Source: a virus (Duplodnaviria; Caudoviricetes). From it: DNA of 64,000 bases. The translations under genes were made by a program, and so were the position numbers. The notes below the pieces were generated by a model. The model made no database searches and was not told where the DNA came from. It saw nothing but the letters and a program-made list of their open reading frames with translations. The stretch's first letter is position 1. Every line of letters starts with the position of its first letter. Shown piece by piece: positions 54,183 through 63,514 of the stretch. The DNA is taken from IMG/VR virus record IMGVR_UViG_3300037422_000298; one strand, written 5' to 3'.

Positions 54183-55058
54183 ATGCGCACGTGGTTTCTG
54201 CCCTCGTTCAACGGCGACTTCCGTCTGACGGCAGGCGACGACGACAAGACGTCCAAGCTCCTCGTGATGGCGCCGACGCCACACGAGATCCAGTTGCTCA
54301 ACAAGTTCCTGACGCAGGCCCACAAGAAGAAGTGGACCAACGAGCTACTGTCCGACGATGACGCCAACGATACCCGGACGATCATTCTCAAGGCGCCGCT
54401 CGCGAAGGTTGGTCCCGTGCTCGTCAAGGCAGCAAAGCCTGCCGATCGAACGCTGACGGCAGTCTCGTTCGCCGACGGCAAGCTCGAAGTCGCCGAGACC
54501 GGTGCCCTCGAAACGCTCGTCGCAAAAGCCGAAGGCGACAAGGAAGCCAAAGCCGTGTCCGTCGCGCGACCGACGCCGTGCTGCCCACGATGCGCGGTCG
54601 GCGCGATCGCGCCTGCACGTGACGTCCTGCTCGCGTTCCTGAACGAGCAGGAGCATGCCGACTGGGCCGAGCATCGCGCGATCATCGTTCGTGGCGGACT
54701 GTCCGGCCATCAGTACCTGCTCGCGCACCGCCACACGCCGACGGCCGCGCGGCTCGGCAAGATCTGTTACGACCTCGAAGAACGGTTCGTGCTGCACTTC
54801 CACGCGAGCGACGTTCCGCCCGAGGAAGAGATCCTCGCCGCGAAGCTCATCCTTGAACATCGCGAGCCGTGGCTTCGCAACGAAGCGACCGTCATCCAAC
54901 AGACCAAAGACGGGCGCTGGCACGACCTCGGGTTCATGCGCTACAAGAATCCGTTCGGCGACATTCGTGACGGACGCATCGACGCGGCGATCACCGCGAC
55001 ATTCGGCATCGGCGCCGAAGCGATCTGGCGGGCCCTACGTCCGAGGAGCGACGCGTGA
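54183..55058 (+). CDS. hypothetical protein
   Basis: GGAGG SD; PTPCCPRC motif. Confidence 0.75.
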   Translation: MRTWFLPSFNGDFRLTAGDDDKTSKLLVMAPTPHEIQLLNKFLTQAHKKKWTNELLSDDDANDTRTIILKAPLAKVGPVLVKAAKPADRTLTAVSFADGKLEVAETGALETLVAKAEGDKEAKAVSVARPTPCCPRCAVGAIAPARDVLLAFLNEQEHADWAEHRAIIVRGGLSGHQYLLAHRHTPTAARLGKICYDLEERFVLHFHASDVPPEEEILAAKLILEHREPWLRNEATVIQQTKDGRWHDLGFMRYKNPFGDIRDGRIDAAITATFGIGAEAIWRALRPRSDA

Positions 55059-55240
55059 CGATTTCCGACGAACGTCTCCAAGAGCTTCGCGACTCTCGTG
55101 CGCGCTACGCGCGCGAAGCTGGCGAGGAGTGGGTCGCCGAACACGAGGTCCACGCGATGGCTGAAGAGCTGCTCAAATCGCGCAAAGAGCTGAAGTACTA
55201 CCGCGACAACAATCGCCACACCACCGACGAGTACGACTGA
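55055..55240 (+). CDS. small hypothetical protein
   Basis: GAGGAG SD; ISDERLQEL...MAEELL. Confidence 0.6.
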   Translation: MTISDERLQELRDSRARYAREAGEEWVAEHEVHAMAEELLKSRKELKYYRDNNRHTTDEYD

Positions 55241-55473
55241 TGCAATCCACGATCGTCAAAGTTCAGATCAGCCTCAGCACGACGCACAACGAACCGCAGG
55301 TGATGATCTACGACGAGCCACGTGAGATCTTCGAGATCCTGCCGCTGTCGAAGTGTCCCGGGCTCGAAGATGCGATGGCTGATGCAGGTCCGTTGAAGCG
55401 CGCGTACTTTCGTGCGCGGATCCAGAACGGCAAGGTTCAGCTCGATCAACGCATGCCGGAGCAAGACTGGTGA
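55240..55473 (+). CDS. small hypothetical protein
   Basis: TGATG coupling. Confidence 0.65.
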   Translation: MQSTIVKVQISLSTTHNEPQVMIYDEPREIFEILPLSKCPGLEDAMADAGPLKRAYFRARIQNGKVQLDQRMPEQDW

Positions 55474-55817
55474 GCGCTACCTGTCAGATGATGCCGCGGC
55501 CGTGGGACATCGACACGTTGTGCGGCAAGCCTGCCATCGGCATTCACGAGCACACGGTCCATGTTTGTCTCGACTGCGCGACGGGGCTCCTTCGTGAAGA
55601 GTTCGAGATCATCTGGGACGACCAGACACCCGCGCAGCTCGGTGATCGCTACCAGTTCATTTACCCAGCGCGTGATCGGCAGTTCGATTGCGAGCTGACC
55701 GTGGTGCGCCTATCGCGCCTCGACGGTGAACCGGACGGCGAGGAGCTGGTGTTCTTCGACGACGGCTCGCACAGCAAGCAGAAGAACCTCACGAAAGTCA
55801 GGAAGCTGCCAGCATGA
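55470..55817 (+). CDS. hypothetical protein
   Basis: 4-bp overlaps. Confidence 0.6.
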   Translation: MSATCQMMPRPWDIDTLCGKPAIGIHEHTVHVCLDCATGLLREEFEIIWDDQTPAQLGDRYQFIYPARDRQFDCELTVVRLSRLDGEPDGEELVFFDDGSHSKQKNLTKVRKLPA

Positions 55818-56137
55818 CCGAGAAGCTCGTCCGCAACGGTCCTGGTTTTCGCATTCGCGCCGAAGGCGGCCAAATTCGCGTTGCCGAGCGCCACGAGCTG
55901 CAGGTGCTTCTGGCACAGAAGCTCGTCGAAGAGGCGCAAGAAGTCCTCGCCGTCATTCAGAACGAGCGCGGTTCCCACGCTGACACCGTCGCTGAGCTAG
56001 CCGACGTCACCGAGGCGATCCGCGGCCTGCGTCGCGCCGCGAATATTCGAAAGGACGACATCCGTGCCGCGCGCCGCGCGAAACGCCTTCGCGAGGGCGA
56101 TTTCAGCGAGCGTTTGGTATGGATGCAGGATGGCTGA
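55814..56137 (+). CDS. MazG-like/PRA-PH all-alpha NTP pyrophosphohydrolase
   Basis: KLVR, KLVEEAQE, ELADVTE, KRLREGDF. Confidence 0.8.
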   Translation: MTEKLVRNGPGFRIRAEGGQIRVAERHELQVLLAQKLVEEAQEVLAVIQNERGSHADTVAELADVTEAIRGLRRAANIRKDDIRAARRAKRLREGDFSERLVWMQDG

Positions 56138-56369
56138 TGCGCTGCCGAACCCGCAGGAACTCGATGAGAACCTCACCATCGAGGGCGTCGAGCGCTACAA
56201 GCGCCATGACTGTCGACAGTACGTCAAATGCCTCAACGTCGCCGCCGATGCGGGTTGGCAGCAGTTTCACTGCAACGCATGCAACGCGTACGAGCAGATT
56301 CCTCGCGACGATCCGTCGCAACGCGTCTTCACACAGATCGGACGCAAGCTGATCAAGAACAACGACTAG
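56130..56369 (+). CDS. small Cys-rich protein
   Basis: C..Y..CL...W..F.C..C..Y. Confidence 0.65.
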   Translation: MADALPNPQELDENLTIEGVERYKRHDCRQYVKCLNVAADAGWQQFHCNACNAYEQIPRDDPSQRVFTQIGRKLIKNND

Positions 56370-56377
56370 GGGGTCGA

Positions 56378-56677
56378 ATGAGCTATCAGTATCCCATCAC
56401 GACGGCGTTGCAGTTCTTAGCGTCGTTTCACAGTGCGCGCGTGACCGGCGTTGGCCACGTCACCAACATCTGTTGGATCGAGGCGTTCGTCGACGAGGAC
56501 GGTACAGAAGAACAGCACTTCCTCGTGCTGGAACGCAGCAAGCAAGGCGAAGCTGCGCCCCAACTGAAAGTGTTCCAGAACCTGTCGGGCGTCGACTTGC
56601 ACCAAGTCATCACGCAGCCGCACGTTCACTGGGAACGCGGCCACACGCCACAACACGGAGACGACTGCGCATGGTGA
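56378..56677 (+). CDS. hypothetical protein
   Basis: AGGGGG SD. Confidence 0.6.
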   Translation: MSYQYPITTALQFLASFHSARVTGVGHVTNICWIEAFVDEDGTEEQHFLVLERSKQGEAAPQLKVFQNLSGVDLHQVITQPHVHWERGHTPQHGDDCAW

Positions 56678-57975
56678 ACAAGAAAATTTTGGTGACGTCC
56701 GGGATCGTCTACGGCCCACTCGACGACAACAAGCTCGTCGGCAACCGCGTACGCGGCATTTGGGCCACACGCTTCGCGCGTTGGCTCGTCAAGCGCGGTC
56801 ACTACGTCACGCTGCTCGTCGCTGATATCCAAGAGGAGGCGGCGTACAAGCACTGGACCGACGGTATGAATGGCATCCCCAGCGGCGCCGACGCGCAGCT
56901 CATCACGCACAAGGGCTTCTGGGACTACCAAGAGCAGTGCCACATGCTGGCAAAGACGCATGACGCTGCCGTGATGGCTGCGGCCGTCGTCAACTGGATC
57001 CCGAAGACGGCGTTCCCCGGCAAGATGCCAACGACAGGCTACAAGCCCGGCGACGAGCTGAACGTCCCGTTCATTCTCGCGCCACGCGTGATCGACGGCA
57101 TGCGTAAAGAGAACCCGAAGCTGACGCTGATCGGCTGCAAGATGACGATCGGCGCGACGCGCGACGAGATGATCGAGTACGCGTACAAGACGCTTCACGA
57201 TGCCAAGTGCCATGCAGTCATCGCCAACGACATGAAGGGTCTGCGTGCGAAGACGGTGCTGTATCCCGACCGCGCGCAGTTCGACTTCGACATCGGTGCC
57301 GAAGAGGGCGTCAACTTCTACAAGCACCTCGAAGCGGTGATCTGCGACGAGCATTTCACGACCGTCGGTGTCGCGCCGAAACAGGCCTACGAAGAAGCGC
57401 GGCTATCGAACTACCGCTACGTCAACGGCAGCTACGAGGAGTGTGAAGACTTGTTCGACGCGATCGTCGACAAGTACCGTCTCCGCTTCGTTCACAAGGT
57501 TCCCATCAACGGGCGGGTGTTCAACGACTGGGTGTTCGGCTCCGTCGCCGTACGCACCGGGACGGGCGCGCTTGTCTCGCCGCGCGAGAAGAGCGCTTTG
57601 TTCTCAAAGCGGGATGCCATCGACGTTCTGTATCCAACCGACGACGATCTCAAACAGCGTCGCGTGCGCGTGATCCACCACGGCATGCACGAGATGCAGG
57701 ACGGGAAGTGGGTCGAGAGCGGTCGGCCGGTTCCCAAAGCGTCGATGAACGCGTTGCTGCTCTTGCGGCACCTACAAGCGCACCCGAGCGCAACAGCCGT
57801 CTTGCATCTGCACGAACAGCTTCCGGATCGTCCAACGGTGCCATACGCGCCGCCGGGGACGGTCCGCGACAACCTACGCGAGATCGCGCATCTCCCCGCG
57901 TACAACATCGAAGGCCACGGCTGCGTGATCGCACTCGACGAACGCGGCGAGATGTGCGGAAAGTGGCAACAGTGA
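56671..57975 (+). CDS. CoaB (phosphopantothenate-cysteine ligase)-like domain fused to a class II aldolase-like domain
   Basis: KILVTSG...D...GNRVRG, MAAAV.NW.P, LIGCK, VIAND; C-terminal AVLHLH...YAPPGT...GHGC. Confidence 0.7.
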   Translation: MVNKKILVTSGIVYGPLDDNKLVGNRVRGIWATRFARWLVKRGHYVTLLVADIQEEAAYKHWTDGMNGIPSGADAQLITHKGFWDYQEQCHMLAKTHDAAVMAAAVVNWIPKTAFPGKMPTTGYKPGDELNVPFILAPRVIDGMRKENPKLTLIGCKMTIGATRDEMIEYAYKTLHDAKCHAVIANDMKGLRAKTVLYPDRAQFDFDIGAEEGVNFYKHLEAVICDEHFTTVGVAPKQAYEEARLSNYRYVNGSYEECEDLFDAIVDKYRLRFVHKVPINGRVFNDWVFGSVAVRTGTGALVSPREKSALFSKRDAIDVLYPTDDDLKQRRVRVIHHGMHEMQDGKWVESGRPVPKASMNALLLLRHLQAHPSATAVLHLHEQLPDRPTVPYAPPGTVRDNLREIAHLPAYNIEGHGCVIALDERGEMCGKWQQ

Positions 57976-58238
57976 TCGATCAAGCACTCGTCTCGAACCT
58001 GCTCGGCAACCGTGTTGAGGCTCAATCGCGTCCACGTTGGAATCCACCAGAGCAGGAACTCGCGACGCTAAAAGGCGGATACAGCCTCGACTCTCGGCAG
58101 GTCGACAACGAACCGGTCACAGGAGTCATCCGGTCGATCGCTGCCACAACTGACGGCTTCATGTTCCACATCGAGACCGACGACGGGCGTCTCGTCGTGA
58201 AAACGTCGATCGCCAGCAACTTGCGGGTGCTTCGATGA
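57972..58238 (+). CDS. hypothetical protein
   Basis: GTGA overlap. Confidence 0.6.
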   Translation: MIDQALVSNLLGNRVEAQSRPRWNPPEQELATLKGGYSLDSRQVDNEPVTGVIRSIAATTDGFMFHIETDDGRLVVKTSIASNLRVLR

Positions 58239-58389
58239 AGACATCGGCGGTTCTCGCCAAGGCCGTCGTGGCAGCGTTGGTCCTGGCAAGGCTCTGCGGG
58301 TCAGGGCGCGGCAGTCATGGCTAGGCTCCGCGCGGCAGTGCTTCGTGTCGCACGACGAAGGCATGGCAAGGCAGGCATGGAGATCAATC

Positions 58390-58785
58390 ATGTTCGGTGA
58401 ACCAAAAGACGTCGACGGTGAGTGCAACGCGTGCTTGTTCATCGGCGACATCTACGGTGATGGGCACGCGACGATGCGCTGTCAGCTGCCGCTGAACCAC
58501 GAAGGACTTCACCAAGAACAGTTCGAACGGCGAGGTCACGCCGTCACGATCACGTGGGTCGTCGACGAACGTGAGAAGTGCGATCACGGTTGCGGTCAGT
58601 GGAAACATGCGCATCGTGACGAGACCGTCGAGTGCCTCAAGGATGCCGATGATCACAACTCCAGCACGTGCGCGCGCTGTCATCCCGATCGAGAGCCGCA
58701 TCCCTGTCCAGATTGCGGCATCGCGATCTACACGTCGCGGCACTACTACAATTGTCCAAACAAGAATCGGAGCACCGAACCATGA
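58390..58785 (+). CDS. Cys/His-rich hypothetical protein
   Basis: GGAG SD; several CxxC and CxLxxxH motifs. Confidence 0.6.
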   Translation: MFGEPKDVDGECNACLFIGDIYGDGHATMRCQLPLNHEGLHQEQFERRGHAVTITWVVDEREKCDHGCGQWKHAHRDETVECLKDADDHNSSTCARCHPDREPHPCPDCGIAIYTSRHYYNCPNKNRSTEP

Positions 58786-59501
58786 ACCAAGGAGCAATCA
58801 TGCGTCCGTTCCACTCGCGTAACGACCGCGCCCCCAACGACTACAAACGCAAGTTCACGATCAGCGCGCATGCCCTCGAACGGTTTCGAGAACGTGTCGA
58901 CGAAGAATTTCGATCGCGGCCCGACTTGGATCTTGGGAACTTGCTCGACGAGCGGCTGCGCCACGCAGAGCGGCAGTACACGGTGCGCGATCCGCGGGCG
59001 CCTGAGGAGATCACGTACCTGTACGCGATTGCGACGCGGCGGGGTGATTCGTTCTACGTCGTGGTGCGCAACGAGACTGCTGTGACTGTTCTCGATCCGG
59101 ACATGGCCCAGAAGAATTTTCAGGGCACGTGGACTTCGACGATGAACACACCGTTCACCGCAGACTCGCTGCGAGACGTCGCGAAGGCGATCCAGAGCGC
59201 GCCGAAGATCAAGCTGACGCCGCGCGATCAAGCTGTACTACGCGGCGACTTGCCGCCGCTGCCGTCGACGCCGGAGGTTGCACTACCTGCACACGGAGCC
59301 GCGCCAGAATTTACGCCGCTCGAACTGGCGGGTCTTCGGCATGCACGGGCGCTCAAGAACTACCGTGAATGCGAGTTGGCGGTCGAACGGGCGAAGCGCG
59401 CTGTCTTTGACGCCGAAACAGCGTTACAGCTCGCCCATGACGAGCGCGTGGCTGCACTGGAAGAGCTGACCATGCTTGCACAAGGGCCGTCGGATGAGTA
59501 G
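58782..59501 (+). CDS. hypothetical protein with RelE-like ISAHALERF start and coiled-coil tail
   Basis: TISAHALERFRERV...YVVVRNETAVTVL. Confidence 0.65.
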   Translation: MNQGAIMRPFHSRNDRAPNDYKRKFTISAHALERFRERVDEEFRSRPDLDLGNLLDERLRHAERQYTVRDPRAPEEITYLYAIATRRGDSFYVVVRNETAVTVLDPDMAQKNFQGTWTSTMNTPFTADSLRDVAKAIQSAPKIKLTPRDQAVLRGDLPPLPSTPEVALPAHGAAPEFTPLELAGLRHARALKNYRECELAVERAKRAVFDAETALQLAHDERVAALEELTMLAQGPSDE

Positions 59502-59634
59502 CGACCCGCGCTGTTGCGCTTGCGGCGAACCCTTCTCGGAACACGTACCGACAAGCCAAGGTCCGCGTACGTGTCCGCGCGTCGCGCGCGGCGAGGGCAC
59601 GTACGTCTTCGTGTGCACGTCCCGGTGCTGCTAG
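59494..59634 (+). CDS. tiny Cys-rich protein
   Basis: CCACGEPFSEH; fills the gap. Confidence 0.4.
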   Translation: MSSDPRCCACGEPFSEHVPTSQGPRTCPRVARGEGTYVFVCTSRCC

Positions 59635-59644
59635 GGGCGGGCGA

Positions 59645-60007
59645 ATGCACGTGAAGATGGGCTACGCGAACGCGACAGATCGCGTAGCGGCGGCGGTGAT
59701 CGAAGCCGCGCGACCGTGGTTCGACAGGGTCGTCGTGACTCATGCGAGCCTGGAGCAAGGGCACGCCAGCGCCCGTTCACAAGGCATCCTGCGGCTGATT
59801 CGTCAGATTGCCAAGCAGGGTTTGTCACCGAGCGACTGCGACAGCGCCGAAGGCTCAGCGGCGTTTCGTGCGATCGCGGACGCGATCTTTTCTGGCAAGA
59901 CGAATACGGCCTTCCAAGCGTCGATGACGGTCGAGTGGAAGCATGTCTACGAAGCTGCGCGACGGATTCTCGATCGCGAAGAGGTACAAGCACGCGTGAA
60001 GCGATGA
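59645..60007 (+). CDS. hypothetical protein
   Basis: operon packing. Confidence 0.6.
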   Translation: MHVKMGYANATDRVAAAVIEAARPWFDRVVVTHASLEQGHASARSQGILRLIRQIAKQGLSPSDCDSAEGSAAFRAIADAIFSGKTNTAFQASMTVEWKHVYEAARRILDREEVQARVKR

Positions 60008-60396
60008 CTGAGGTCGTTCGAAGTTCGCGGCAGACCGTTCAGCTTGTCGCTCGACGGTTGAAGCGTGCAGCGCGGCATCTCTCGCCGTATTTGTCGCTTC
60101 GCGGTCGTGTCGAGCTGCTGATCCACTACGTACAGCAACAGGGTCTTGGTCCGCCGGACTTCGCGCGTGCAGGCGGCGAAGATGCGCTCGTCGCGATCGC
60201 GCAGGCGTTGCCCGGACGCGGTCTGGCGATCGATACGGAGACGGGTGCACTGCTCCGTCGTTTTTGCGTCGATAGTTTCGGCGTCGATAGCTGGGCATCT
60301 GAGATCGCGACGCGCGGTTCGCTACCGGTACCCAAAAAGACCCTCTCACCCGACTGGCAGCGCGTTCTCAACCACGCGTTCAGCGTCCCGAGGTAG
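60004..60396 (+). CDS. hypothetical protein, possibly paralogous to 59645..60007
   Basis: ATGA overlap; both have LI....QGL.P.D....G..A..AIA.A. Confidence 0.6.
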   Translation: MTEVVRSSRQTVQLVARRLKRAARHLSPYLSLRGRVELLIHYVQQQGLGPPDFARAGGEDALVAIAQALPGRGLAIDTETGALLRRFCVDSFGVDSWASEIATRGSLPVPKKTLSPDWQRVLNHAFSVPR

Positions 60397-60408
60397 AATC
60401 GCCGTGTC

Positions 60409-61056
60409 ATGGCACCTGTCTTCCCGAACGGCGGCGCACTCACCGAACGCTGGCGAAAGCCGATCTCGAAGATCGCCGACTGGGTGCCGGTCGATGCGTT
60501 GCTGGCTTGGATCGACACCGAATCCGGCGGCATTCCGACGATCACGACGAGTCTCGGCGAACGCGGACTGTTTCAAGTCCATCCCGACGAGCGTGAATTT
60601 CTAGGATTGTCCGAGGACGAATTCCAGAAGCTGACGACGGATCTGAATCTCGCGCTACGGACGGGCGTGAAGCAGGCCAAGATGTTCGCGTTCCAAACCA
60701 AGAAGACGCTCAACGCCGTCGGCTCGGAGTGGCACGGACGCGACTTCTGGAAGCTGACGAAGCTATTCCACGGCGCGTTCGGTATGCCGGGCGCAGCCGT
60801 CAACGCGTTTCAGCGCGTAAAGGGACGCGGTCCCGAGAACTGGCGCGAGCTGCAGGAGTTCGCGCTTGCAGAAGCCGCTGCAGGACGGGATCTCGTTCCC
60901 GGCAACACGCGATTTTCTGCTGTGCTGCGCGGACTGACGAAGAACATCTTGGCGAACGCCGAGAAGACCGGCGAGGCTTCTGGACTACCGGAAATCAATC
61001 GCGGCACCGTCGCGATCGTGACACCGATCTTGCGCTCGTTCGGCTTGATGCTCTAA
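60409..61056 (+). CDS. lytic transglycosylase (SLT)-like protein
   Basis: LLAWIDTESGG, ERGLFQV; TAGAAT just upstream. Confidence 0.7.
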   Translation: MAPVFPNGGALTERWRKPISKIADWVPVDALLAWIDTESGGIPTITTSLGERGLFQVHPDEREFLGLSEDEFQKLTTDLNLALRTGVKQAKMFAFQTKKTLNAVGSEWHGRDFWKLTKLFHGAFGMPGAAVNAFQRVKGRGPENWRELQEFALAEAAAGRDLVPGNTRFSAVLRGLTKNILANAEKTGEASGLPEINRGTVAIVTPILRSFGLML

Positions 61057-61066
61057 ATCTTCGAGG

Positions 61067-61741
61067 ATGGCGCGCCGTTCACGCAGCGCTCGACTGACGT
61101 CACGTAGACGTCAGCGGCAGCATGTCGCGTCGCGCACCGCGCCGAACGACAACAGTACCGGCGGCTTGGCGGTGCTAAGCTGGCTTCGCACGGGCGACAT
61201 CGTGCGGGATCTGGAGAGCTACATGGCACACGAGCGCGAGATTGGCGTCTGGGGGTTTCCGCACTTCGTTCGGTACCTGCAGGCGATCATCGTCAAGTTG
61301 ACGCCACAACCGCATCGCTGCACCGAAGCGGTCCTCGACGCCGCCGCGGAAGTCCTAGCTTCGAACAAGCCTGGATTGCTGCAGCGATTCATGACGACGC
61401 CGCCGCATACACATCCGAAGACGCGCGCTGTGGTGTCACGTGAAGCCGCGAACGCGATCTGCGAAATCGTCGGTTGTTGGGCGGGCTGGGACGGTACGAA
61501 TCGCGCCAAGCATCGCGATGGGCATGGGTACGAACAGGCGAAGGCAGCAGTGCGCGGGATCGAGAGCGCCGCACTCGACGTCGGCCTGACGGTGAATGAT
61601 CTCATGGAGTGTGCCGTCGACGCGCACGGCGCCGAAGAGATCGACGCGAATCGGCGTGACGCCGCGATCGCCGCGATGACCGCAGGGCATTTCAAGCTCG
61701 CGCACGAGATTGCCACGGACGCGCCGCGCGAGAAGAACTGA
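61067..61741 (+). CDS. hypothetical protein with Arg-rich N-terminus
   Basis: GAGG SD, 224 aa. Confidence 0.65.
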   Translation: MARRSRSARLTSRRRQRQHVASRTAPNDNSTGGLAVLSWLRTGDIVRDLESYMAHEREIGVWGFPHFVRYLQAIIVKLTPQPHRCTEAVLDAAAEVLASNKPGLLQRFMTTPPHTHPKTRAVVSREAANAICEIVGCWAGWDGTNRAKHRDGHGYEQAKAAVRGIESAALDVGLTVNDLMECAVDAHGAEEIDANRRDAAIAAMTAGHFKLAHEIATDAPREKN

Positions 61742-61983
61742 TGCCGCTCATCGGAACCGGCGCGCCGACGCAGGTGCTGATCCAGAAGGCGTTGACCAAC
61801 GCAGGTGCCGCCTCGCTCGAAGACTGGGTCGTGCAGCATCCCGGCGAGCATTTGTGGGTCGAAATGCCGTTCGACGGCTACACGGTTCCGGCGTGCGCCG
61901 CCTGCACGCATATTCGTTTCGGCCGCGACGGCAAGAAGAACAAGCCGTGCCGGGGGATCGCCCCGCCCGTTCGGTTCGCCTAG
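61741..61983 (+). CDS. small hypothetical protein
   Basis: TGATG coupling; CAAC...KPCRG. Confidence 0.6.
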   Translation: MPLIGTGAPTQVLIQKALTNAGAASLEDWVVQHPGEHLWVEMPFDGYTVPACAACTHIRFGRDGKKNKPCRGIAPPVRFA

Positions 61984-61999
61984 CGTGTAGAATGTAGGC

Positions 62000-62542
62000 A
62001 TGACCATCGGCACGTTCGGCGCGGACGCGCCCGTCGCTAAGACTTGTAAAGACTGCGGCGCCACGAAAGCGTTGACGGAGTTCTACGTCAACCCAAAGTC
62101 GGGGCCGATTGCTTGTTGTAAGCCTTGCGCAGTTGAACGCGCCACACGACAGGCTGCGCAACTGGATCCTGAACTTCGACGTCAACGATCTCGCGAATCG
62201 GCCCGACGAAATCCGGTGAGTCGCCGTGCGAATCACGATCGTTGGAAGTACGGCGTCCTGTGGGGATTCCGTCAAGCGCTTTGGAGTTCCCAAAACGGAC
62301 AGTGCGCCATCTGTTCATGCGCGATCGAAGTACTAGGCGGCCACATCGATCACGATCACGCTACTGGCCGAATTCGCGGCATGCTGTGTCGTGATTGCAA
62401 CAACGGCCTGGGAGCTTTCAAGGATTCCGTCGATAACCTTGCCATTGCTGTTGAATACCTCAAGCGCACGGACGATCTACGAACGTCGATTCAGCCTGTC
62501 GACATCAACTACAAAAACCGAATCAAACCGCAGGGAGCCTAA
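62000..62542 (+). CDS. recombination endonuclease VII-like HNH nuclease
   Basis: QNGQCAIC, HIDHDHATGRIRGMLCRDCNNGLG.FKD; N-terminal CKDC..CKPC. Confidence 0.9.
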   Translation: MTIGTFGADAPVAKTCKDCGATKALTEFYVNPKSGPIACCKPCAVERATRQAAQLDPELRRQRSRESARRNPVSRRANHDRWKYGVLWGFRQALWSSQNGQCAICSCAIEVLGGHIDHDHATGRIRGMLCRDCNNGLGAFKDSVDNLAIAVEYLKRTDDLRTSIQPVDINYKNRIKPQGA

Positions 62543-62544
62543 CA

Positions 62545-63261
62545 ATGTTCGAAGGAAAACCGACGACCGACTGGAATGACGAGATCGACTTCTGGAGCCG
62601 ACAGCTCTCGGAGCACGCATTGTTCGTGCACCTCGGGCTGCTCGACTTGCCGTTGCGGATGCGTGCGCAGGAACTGCACGAGCAGTGGGAGCTGTACCGC
62701 CAGTCGCGCAAGGGACTGCCTACCCGCGAGGTCGCCGGTCGCGCACTCGGGCTCGCACTCGACACGAGGAGCTTCTTGGGACACGTCTACGATCGGCTCG
62801 GGAAGGGTCAGTGGATCGGCTGGCTGTTCCCACTGTTCATCGACCACATCCGTCGCGAGGGCGACTACTTCATCGAGGTGCTGCAGCACAAACCGCAGGA
62901 GCCCGAGGTCGTGTGCAAGAACTGGCTCGTGTTCATGGCCGAACACGCCGCGTTCGCCGCGCACCTGCTCGACCCGGTGGAGTCGGCGAAGATCCGACAA
63001 GCGACGCAGTTCATCGGGCAGTTCGAGAAGCTCCATGCGGGCTGCGCGGCGATGAACGAGCAGCTGTTGTCGCTGACCGAGAGGACCGGCAAGGAGCTGG
63101 ATCAGTACTTCGCCGGTCTCGGCGTCGGCACACCGAAGCTCAAGTCGATCATTCACCCGGCGCTCGCCGAACACGTCCTGCGCGAGGGGCGCCGCTTCCT
63201 GATGATCGTCGATCGACTCAAGACCGAGATCGCACCGACCGCGCACCCGTCGTTGGCGTGA
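62545..63261 (+). CDS. DUF2935-like protein (two repeats)
   Basis: FW.RQL.EHALF...DHIRREGDYF and WL.FMAEHA.F...EHVLREG. Confidence 0.8.
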   Translation: MFEGKPTTDWNDEIDFWSRQLSEHALFVHLGLLDLPLRMRAQELHEQWELYRQSRKGLPTREVAGRALGLALDTRSFLGHVYDRLGKGQWIGWLFPLFIDHIRREGDYFIEVLQHKPQEPEVVCKNWLVFMAEHAAFAAHLLDPVESAKIRQATQFIGQFEKLHAGCAAMNEQLLSLTERTGKELDQYFAGLGVGTPKLKSIIHPALAEHVLREGRRFLMIVDRLKTEIAPTAHPSLA

Positions 63262-63310
63262 CCTCAAGACGCTCTTGACAAGCGTCACATGAACCGGGTA
63301 CGACGCTCAC

Positions 63311-63514
63311 GTGAGCCGTCCGAACGTCACCGACGAGATCGTCGACGGTCTCGGGTTCGCGCGTGCGTGTGTACTCGATCAACGTGTCGCGTCACACAAC
63401 CGCAACGACCACGGTTGGGACAAGCGCTACGCCGCCGCGCTCGCGGCTATCGACAGCATCGTGAACGCGCACAAGAAAGCCGCCAAGACGAAGGTGACCC
63501 GTGCCAAACGATGA
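63311..63514 (+). CDS. small hypothetical protein
   Basis: follows the CTCTTGACA box at 63272. Confidence 0.5.
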   Translation: MSRPNVTDEIVDGLGFARACVLDQRVASHNRNDHGWDKRYAAALAAIDSIVNAHKKAAKTKVTRAKR

